Below, piece by piece: positions 55,813 through 64,000 of a stretch of 64,000 nt of DNA. Origin of the DNA: the human T2T-CHM13v2.0 reference genome, Homo sapiens. How positions within the stretch are numbered: position 1 is the first letter of the stretch; each line of letters starts with the position of its first letter. The DNA lies in the NCBI RefSeq assembly GCF_009914755.1, contig NC_060934.1; one strand, 5' to 3'. The translations under genes and the position numbers were made by a program. The notes below the pieces were generated by a model that was given only the letters and a program-made list of their open reading frames with translations, did not search any database and had not been told where the DNA came from.

Positions 55813-56699
55813 CAATCAATCACTGATGTGAATAATAATGACTCCAGGTCAATTTGAAAAAGTTAAATGCACCCATAAGATGTAGTTTAAAAATTAAAAT
55901 GAGCATAAATGTATAAATGCATTTCAACCAAATCAATTAAAAAGGAAGAGGAATTATATGGAAATTTTGCTTGTGAGGGAAAGATACATCATTCTGTAAA
56001 TGCTAGGTAAATTATATAATGTATTTTATTACATTATAATACAACAGCATCAATTTCTATTTTTACATGTGTTTATAGCCAGAGAAAGTTTCTAGCCATA
56101 GCCAGATAAGGTGATGTCACTAACTCAGATCCATTATTTATTCTCAAACTTTAAAAAAAAAAATGCTGCTCATTATCCCTAATGTCATTGATCCACACAG
56201 AACCAGGTTGTGAAATAGAATAAGATAAAATGATTGACCACTGGGAAGATTTATTCCAACGCTGTTGCCTGTGAATTTCTCCTCCAAATACACAGGCTTG
56301 AAAATAATTAGTTTCCAATTTAGGATGTTCATAAATGAGCATATGTAGCACCTGTAAGAAACACCTCTGTTTTCCATCTCAAGCTTTCAGGGAATAATAT
56401 AATTCACATATGTACTTTGCATTTTGGTTGCCATAATAAGTCTTCTGCAGATGTTAGAAACAGCTAAATAATTAATTTTAGTTCTGATCCCTCATCTGAA
56501 AAATGGAGATAATAATGAGGTTTTTACTAACCATAAACAGGGCTTCTCGCAATAATCTAAGACAATATATATATTTGAAAGATCTTTATAAATTGTAGAG
56601 TATTTGTTAGCAATAGTAATTTAGTGATTTTACAAAACAATGCATTACACTGTCATGAATATTAGTGTTTTTAAAATAGTGCAAAACAAGCAGTATTTT

Positions 56700-57250
56700 A
56701 ATGTAAATTCTAATTAATTCAATTTAACAAATATTTGGTTATGCGTTCTAAGCATAAAGCATTGTGGTTGCTGTAGATGGAGATGGAGGGTAGAAATATA
56801 TGGACTCTGTTCTAATTTGGGTATAAGATATATAAATAATCTCTAAGAACAAAAGGTAGAATGATAGAAGCTGCAATTATGAAACCAAAGTGTGCTATGT
56901 TAAGGATGATCTTTATATTTGGATGATCAAGGGATAATTTATTAGACAACTGGATTTTATAAGTAGAAATGGTAGTCAAAGAACATTCCAGGATGAGAGA
57001 GTAACAGATGTGAAGCCCACAAGGGAAAAGGCATCCACAATACAACTAAGGCCCTGAAATGGCTGGAGTGTAGAGGGAGAGGGGGTATTTAAACAGTCAT
57101 GGTCTTAAATGTCACAGCAAGAGATCTGAATATTATGCCATGGAGAATGTTGAGCAATTTAAGTTTTTGAGCATGAGTTGTAGGATTGCAGCAGTGTTTT
57201 GGGAATCAATTTCTAATGATAGAAATGAGTACACTGTAATGGAGATTAAA
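56700..57250 (-). mobile_element. L2 fragment
   Basis: ttcaatttaacaaatatttgg...gaacattccagg...ggctggagtgtagag. Confidence 0.6.
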
Positions 57251-57379
57251 TAAAATTCAAGACTTCACTTCTCTGTTTGTGTCTGCATAGTTTTTCTAGG
57301 ATCATTGTTACTAACCTGTTCTTTTTTTTCTTTCTTAGACTAAGGAAAACTGTTTGTAAGATTAGTAGAAAATCAAACT

Positions 57380-57620
57380 GTGAGCATAGGCTTTCTAAAG
57401 CACACTTGGATTTAAATTTTATTTCCAAAGTTTACCTGCTGGGTGCTCTTGGGAAAATTATTCAACCTGTTCAAGTTTCTGTTTTGTTCTGGTAAAATAG
57501 AGATCATAATAAATACCTCAGAGAATCATTGTCCTAATTGAGATATCCTTAACACACTGTCTAGCTTGTGATAAATGTTAAATTGTCTAGCATGTGATAA
57601 ATGTTAAATTAATAGCAGCT
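57380..57620 (+). mobile_element. MIR with a 26-bp internal tandem duplication (57558-57609)
   Basis: MIR core plus tgtctagc(t/a)tgtgataaatgttaaat twice. Confidence 0.65.
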
Positions 57621-58845
57621 TTTTAAAATACACCATTGGTATATAAAAGTGAATATTTATAGTTAATATAAAATATTTAGTCATATTGTATTCAGGAAAA
57701 TCAGCAGAATTTTAATTAATCATTTGTATTTTTTTAATTCCCCCTTTTTCATTGCTGGAAATAGGAAAATAAAAACTCAGGAATGTGGTCTCAACCTCCT
57801 TGTGGTCCCACTTAAATGCAAATAAGTTACCACTAGGTAACTTACTAGGGCTTCCACAGTAACCACGTTCTAAAAATCTGTGATCACTACACTTGCTGAA
57901 TTGGACCTATCTTCATAAAGTAGGTAACAGCCTTTCTGCGTGTTTAAATGGTAAAGGTCCTGTGTTTTCTTTTTAGTAGTGTGTGTCTGCAGAGACATCC
58001 TGATGTAGTCTAGGTGCAGGAGTTGAAGGCAGCAGTATGGAAGGAAGTCTTTATCTATAAAGATAGTTGTCAGGGTATCACTACTTTGTTAAATTTTTTT
58101 ATACTTAGGATGTGGGCTTTATCCTAGCAGGGAGAGAGACTGGGTCTTATATCTATACCCAGCATTCATTCAGTACCCCAACTTTTAGTATACTAATATT
58201 ACTTGGGATGGATATATGAGCCCAAATGCCACCTTAGTACTTTCTAGTGAGTGCAAGTCATGCACACATCTCGAGTTCAGATTCCCTTCCTCTTGATGTC
58301 AAAGCACCTGGGAAGGAAACACTTTAATGAGAAGATTGCCTGGTGACTATTCAGTTAAAGCCAAAAGAAGTGGCACATCTAAATGCATAATTCATTCAAG
58401 TGGTCAAGGTTGATAAAACGTACCTGGTCAAAGTTGATAAAACAACAGCACACTTCTCTGTGGTGACAAAAAAGCTTATAACCCTCAGATCTGTGATTTC
58501 TGACTTGCACACACATGTTGCTCCTGCGTGTTTTCTCTTAACCCTCTCTTTCTGGGTTCCATTGCTAAGCGAGCTATTTTTTATGGACTATGTTTATATC
58601 ACCTTTTTAGCTATTTAGCTATTCCCAGCCTTGGAGACAGTCTGTCCTCCAGTTTTATGCAGGTTGAGCTACTGTATTTCCTTGAGTCTACCATTACAAC
58701 TACTATTACCAGTAGTGACATGTATCCTGAATTCAGAAACTCTAAAATATATGTAAAGCAGGAGCTGTTGGGGGAGGGAGGATTATGAAAGTAGTGCAGG
58801 AGTGTTTCTAGGGCTTCTACTAAGTGGGTTTGCACAAGTGGTAAA

Positions 58846-59297
58846 TTTCATGCGCGTCCGTGTGAACAGACCACCAAACAGGCTTTGTGTGAGCAACATG
58901 GCTGTTTATTTCACCCGGGTGCAGGCGGACTGAGTCCGAAAAGAGAGTCAGTGAAGGGAGATAGGGGTGGGGCCGTTTTATAGGATTTGGGTAGGTAAAG
59001 GAAAATTACAGTCAAAGGGGGGTTGTTCTCTGGCAGGCAGCAGTGGGGGTCGCAAGGTGCTCAGTGGGGGTGTTTTTGAGCCAGGATGAGCCAGGAAAAG
59101 GACTTTCACAAGGTAATGTCATCACTTAAGGCAAGGACTGGCCATTTACACTTCTTTTGTGGTGGAATGTCATCAGTTAAGGTGGGGCAGGGCATATTCA
59201 CTTCTTTTGTGATTCTTCAGTTACTTCAGGCCATCTGGGCGTACATGTGCAAATCACAGGGGATGCGATGGCTTGGCTTGGGCTCAGAGGCCTGACA
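58846..59297 (-). mobile_element. LTR7, 3' LTR of HERV-H
   Basis: Minus strand starts TGTCAGGCCTCTGAGCCCAAGC and ends GGACGCGCATGAAA; TATAAAA 58976-58982; AATAAA 58905-58910; polypurine tract AAGAAGGCAGGAA adjacent at 59298-59310. Confidence 0.97.
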
Positions 59298-59559
59298 TTC
59301 CTGCCTTCTTACATTAATAAGAAAAATAAAACAAAATAGTGTTGAAGTGTTGGGGCGGCAAAAATTTTTGGGGGGTGGTATGGAGAGAGAATGGGCGATG
59401 TTTCTCAGGGCTGCTTCAAGCGGGATTAGGGGCGGCGTGGGAACCTAGAGTGGGAGAGATTAAGCTGAAGGGAGGCCTTGTGGTAAGGGGTGATATTGTG
59501 GGGATGTTAGAAGAAACATTTGTCATATAGAATGATTGGTGATGGCCTAGATATGGTTT

Positions 59560-61760
59560 TGGATGAATTGAGAAACTAAATGGAATAAAGGAAGGAGAAA
59601 AACAGATATAAAAGGTCTAAGAATTGGGACGACTCAGGATATCTGATTAGAGCGTGCCTAAGGAGATTCAGCATAGTCCTGCCAGCAAAGATTATTTATT
59701 TACTTCAAGAGTTAAGAGTGGCAGTTTGGGGATAGCACCAGGAGATATCAGCTGTGATGGCTTGGAAAAACAGTGTAAACCGGCAGTGTAAACAAGAGCA
59801 GGGCATGTATGAGTAGTTGAGAATGGTGAATAGGAGTATGACTAGACAGAAGATAGTAGGGTTGACAAGTTTTTTGCGGCACAGTGTAAGTTGGTCTGGT
59901 GTCTGGAATGAGACTGGGGCCTAATAAAAAGGAGTGTCTATACAGGAGCTCAAATGGGCTGTACCCTGCAGCATTCCGAGGACAGGCCTGAATTCTGAGA
60001 AGGGAAAGTGGTAAAAGTATTGTCCAGTCCTTTTTAAGTTGGTGGCTGAGTGTGTTTTTAAAAGACCTTTAGTCCATTCTACTTTTCTTGAAGACGGAGG
60101 ACCATAAGGGACATAAAGGTTTCACTGAATACTAAGAGCCTGAAAAACTGCTTGGCTGATTTGACTAATAAATGCTTGTCTGTTATCAGACTGTATTGAG
60201 GTGGGAAGGCTAAACTGAGGAATTATGTCTGACAGAAGGGAAGAAATGACTGCGGTGGCCTTCTCAGACCCTGTAGGAAAGGCCTCTACCTATCCAGTGA
60301 AAGTATCTACCTAGACTAAGAGGTATTTTAGTTATCTGACTCAGGGCATGTTGAGTAAAGCTAATTTGCCAGTCCTGGGTGGGGCAAATCCTTGAGCTTG
60401 GTGTGTAGGGAAGGAAGGGGGCCTGAATAATCCCTGAGGAGTAGTAGAATAGCAGATGGAACACTGAGAAGTTATTTCCTTGAGGATCGATTTCCACGAT
60501 GGAAAGGAAATGAGAGGTTCTAAGAGGCAGGCTAGTGGCTTGTACTATAGTATAACCTGCCTTTGCTGGTGTGTGGTGATTAGGCCTGGTGGAACCGCCA
60601 ACAATAAATCAAGCGTGATCAGGGTGAGGAAGAGGAAAGAAGGAAATTTGGGGAAATGGGGTGAATGTCAGATGGATCAGAGAGATACAGTCATGGGGGT
60701 CAGGTGTGGTATCAGGAATAACGTGGGAGGCCGGATTGAAGTCTGGGCCAGGAACAACGGTAATTGTGGGAGACTCAACAAAGAGTGGGTACAGCTGAAG
60801 GAGCCGGGAAGCAGAAAGTATATGCGTCAGGTATGAGGAAGAAAATAGATTTTGGAAGTTATGAGAACTGTAGAGAGTGAGTTGAGCATAGTTTGTGATT
60901 TTGAGGGCCTCTAAAAGTATTAAAGCAGCGGGAGCCGCTGCACGCAGACATGAGGGCTAGGCTAAAACAGTAAGGTCAAGTTGTTTGGACAGAAAGGCTA
61001 CAGGGTGCGGTCCTGGCTCTTGTGTAAGAATTCTGACCACGCTAACCATGCCTAGGAAGGAAAGGAGTTGTTGTTTTGTAGAAGGTGCTTGGGTTTGAGA
61101 GATTAGTCGGACATGATTGGCAGGGAGAGCACGTGTGTTTTTATGAGAATTATGCTGAGATAGGTAACAGATGAGGAAGAAATTTGGGCTTGATTGAAGT
61201 AATAGGGGCTGTCTGTGAAGCTTTGCGGCAGTACAGCCTAGGTAACTTGCTGAGCTTGATGGGTGTCAGGGTCAGTCCAAGTGAAAGCGAAGAGAGGCTG
61301 GGATTAAGGGTGCAAAGGAATAGTAAAGAAAGCATGTTTGAGATCTAGAACAGAATAATGGGTTATAGAGGCAGGTACTGAGGATAGGAGAGTATATGGG
61401 TTTGGCACTACGGGGTGGATAGGCAAAACAATTTGGTTGATAAGGCGCAGATCCTGAACTAACTTGTAAGGCTCGTCCGGTTTTAGGACAGGTAAAATGG
61501 GGGAATTGTAAGGAGAGTTTATAGGCTTTAAAAGGCCATGCTGTAGCAGGCAAGTGATAACAGGCTTTAATCTTTTTAAAGCATGCTGCGGGATGGGATA
61601 TTGGCATTGAGTGGGGTAAGGGTGATTAGGTTTTAATGAGATGGTAACGGGTGCATGATTGGTCGCCAAGGAGGGAGTAGAGGTATCTTATACTTGTGGG
61701 TTAAGGTGGGGGGATACAAGAGGAGGATGCAAAGGAGGCTTTGGATTGGGAAGAAGGGCG
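59560..61760 (-). pseudogene. HERV-H pol remnant
   Basis: NSPYNSPILPVLKPD...VQDLRLINQ...VVPNPYTLLS...VLDLKHAFFTIPLHP (degenerate LDLKDAFF motif); frameshifted; no YXDD seen. Confidence 0.85.
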
Positions 61761-62113
61761 GCAATGAGATATAGCTGTAGTCCAGGAATAGTCAGGGAAG
61801 CAGACAATTTAGTTAAAGTGTCTCAGCCTAATAAGGGAACTGGGCAGGTGGGGATAACTAAAAAGGAGTGCTTAAAAGAGTATTGTCTAAGTTGGCACCA
61901 GAGTTGGGGAGTTTTAAGAGGTTCAGAAGCCTGGCCGTCAATACCCACAACAGTTATGGAGGCAAGGGAAACAGGCCCTTGAAAAGAAGGTAATGTGGAG
62001 TGGGTAGCCTCCGTATTGATTAAGAAGGGGACGGGCTTACCTTCCACTGTGAGAGTTACCGGAAGCTCGGCGTCTGTGATGGTCTAGGGGGCTTCCGAGG
62101 CGATCAAGCAGTG
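61760..62113 (-). pseudogene. HERV-H protease remnant
   Basis: VPFLINTEATHS (catalytic DTGA changed to NTEA), flap VVGIDG. Confidence 0.85.
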
Positions 62114-63333
62114 TCAGTCTTCAGCCGCTAAGCCGAGAAGATCTGGGAAGGAGTCAGTCAGCCTTGGGCCAGAGTTCCAGGGGCTCTGGGAGTGGCTGCC
62201 AGGTGAGTTGAACAGTCCGATTTTCAGTGGGGTCCCACACAGATGGGACACGGCTTAGGAGGAATCCCGGGCTGCAGGCATTCCTTGGCCCAGTGGCCAG
62301 ATTTCTGGCACATGTAGCAAGCTCCTGTGGGAGGAGGTTCTGGAGGAGCCTGGCCGCTGCGGTTCAGGCATTTGGAAGTTCCTGTGTGCTGGAGATGTGG
62401 CTGGGGTTTGTCTCACAGTGGAGGCAAGGAATTGCAACATTTTTCTATTATTGTACACCTTGAAGGCGAGGTTAATTAAATCCTGTTGTGGGGTTTGAGG
62501 GCCGGAATTTAATTTTTGGAGTTTTATTTAATGTCTGGAGCAGATTGGGTAATAAAATGTATTTTGAGAATAAGACGGCCTTTTGACCTTTTAGGGTCTA
62601 GGGCTGTAAAGTGTCTCAGGGTTGCTGCCAAACAAGTCATGAACTGGGCTGGATTTTTATATTTGATGAAAAAGAGCCTAAACGCTATCTGATTTGGGAT
62701 AAAGAAAAAGGAGCATTAAAGTTGACTATGCCTTTGGCTCCAGCCACCTTTTTAAGAGTAAATTGCTGGGCAGGAGGGGGAGGGCTAGTCATGGAACGAA
62801 ACTGTAAGCCAGACCAGGTGTGAGGAGGGGAGGTGATGAAAAGATTATAGGGTGGAGGAGCAGAGGCTGAGGAAGAATTGGGACCTAGCTCGGCCTGGCG
62901 AGGAGCAGCCTGGGGAGGAAGGGAGAGGTCAGATGGATCTGTAGAAAAGGAAGATTAGAAAGACTCAGCGATGCTTGGGGTTGGTACTGAGGGGACAGGC
63001 GGGAGGGAAAGAAGGAAGATTTGGGATGAGTGGCACTGGGCACAGAGACTAGGAAGGGACTGATGTGTAAAAGAATGCCTGGACGTCAGGCACCTCAGAC
63101 CATTTGGCTATTTTACGACAAGAATTACTTAGATCTTGCAGGATGGAAAAATTCAAAGTGCCATTTTCTGGCTATTTGGAACTACTGTCGAGTTTGTATT
63201 GGGGTCAAGCAGCATTGCAGAAGAAAATAAGGCATTTAGGTTTTAGGTCAGGTGTGAGTTGAAGAGGTTTTAAGTTTTTGAGAACACAGGCCAAGGGAGT
63301 AGAAGGAGGAATGAAGGGTGGAAGGTTGCCTAT
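62114..63333 (-). pseudogene. HERV-H gag remnant
   Basis: Start codon changed to ATA (IGNLPPFIPPSTPLACVLKN); early TGA at 63205-63207; intact CCHC knuckle CYMCQKSGHWAKEC at 62278-62319; ends GLAAED-TGA. Confidence 0.85.
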
Positions 63334-63420
63334 AGTGAAGGAAGCAAGCCTAGAGAAAAGAGAGAGTAGAGAAACTGAGGGAAGGGGTTCGGGGGTTCTT
63401 ACCTTCCAGAAAAGTGGGAA

Positions 63421-63600
63421 AAGAGGTTGGGGCGCAGAGATAAGAGGTCGGGGCATGGAAATAAGGGATGAAGCACAGAAATAAGGGGTAGGGGCACGGA
63501 AATAAGGGGTCGAGCATGGAAATAAGGGATTGGGGCACAGAGATATAAGAGGTTGGGGCGCGGAAATAAGGGATTGGGGCACAGAGATACGAGGTTGGGG
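63421..63600. repeat. HERV-H leader minisatellite, about 8 units of 20-23 bp
   Basis: Repeated aag(a/g)g(g/a)ttggggc(a/g)c(a/g)ga(a/g)at units with G runs. Confidence 0.85.
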
Positions 63601-64000
63601 TACTTGCCCATCCTCTAGAAAAGCGGGACTTGCCGCTAAGAGTGAAGGAGAAGGGGTTGAGGGGTACTTGCCCCTCCCCCAGAAAAGCAGAGAAGGGGTA
63701 GAGACAAGGAGAGAAGGGGTTGAGGTACTTGCCCCTTTCCCAGAAAAGTGGGACTTGCTGCTAAGGGTGAAGGACCAAGGCAGGCGTCCCTGCGTGGTCT
63801 GACACCTTTGAAACGTGGGTGAATAATCAGAGAGGCGTCCCTGCAATGATAAAACACCAGGGGAAGGCTGCCTTCCCAGTCCGTGACCAGCGCCGGAGTT
63901 TTGGGTCCACGGATAAAAACATGTCTCCTTTGTCTCTCCCAGAAAATGAAAGGAATTGAAATTAAGAGAAGGGAGAGATTGAAGAGTGGAAAGAAGAAAG

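Larger units (their letters stand above)
59298..64000 (-). mobile_element. HERV-H internal region (common deleted form); 5' LTR lies beyond the window
   Basis: Leader, gag, pro and pol remnants in order; env largely absent. Confidence 0.95.

Noticed and set aside
59298-59900. HERV-H env gene
   Set aside because: Only a short remnant separates pol from the polypurine tract; there is no env-length ORF.

Overview
Primate, most likely human or great-ape, AT-rich intergenic or intronic DNA made up mostly of interspersed repeats. I cannot support any cellular protein-coding gene or RNA gene. Nearly all listed ORFs are L1, Alu, LTR or HERV-H remnants, or chance frames. Main contents: two near-full-length old L1PA elements (2065-9024 minus, 30500-35725 plus), many L1M/L2/MIR fragments, about nine Alus or Alu monomers, two MER47B (Tigger) transposons, THE1A/THE1D/MSTB/MER31/MER50 LTR elements, a nested double L1PA insertion (48019-51221), and an HERV-H provirus on the minus strand (3' LTR7 at 58846-59297) that runs off the right edge. 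Best leads: (1) an L1 inserted into another L1 and 5'-truncated exactly at the homologous position, leaving a ~300-bp fold-back; (2) an HERV-H leader frame open for at least 264 codons that joins an ESRG-like peptide to the gag N-terminus; (3) an LTR7 with the double ACAAAAGA motif typical of pluripotency-active LTR7up. Subfamily names come from recalled consensus sequences and need RepeatMasker/Dfam confirmation. Boundaries without TSDs are approximate.
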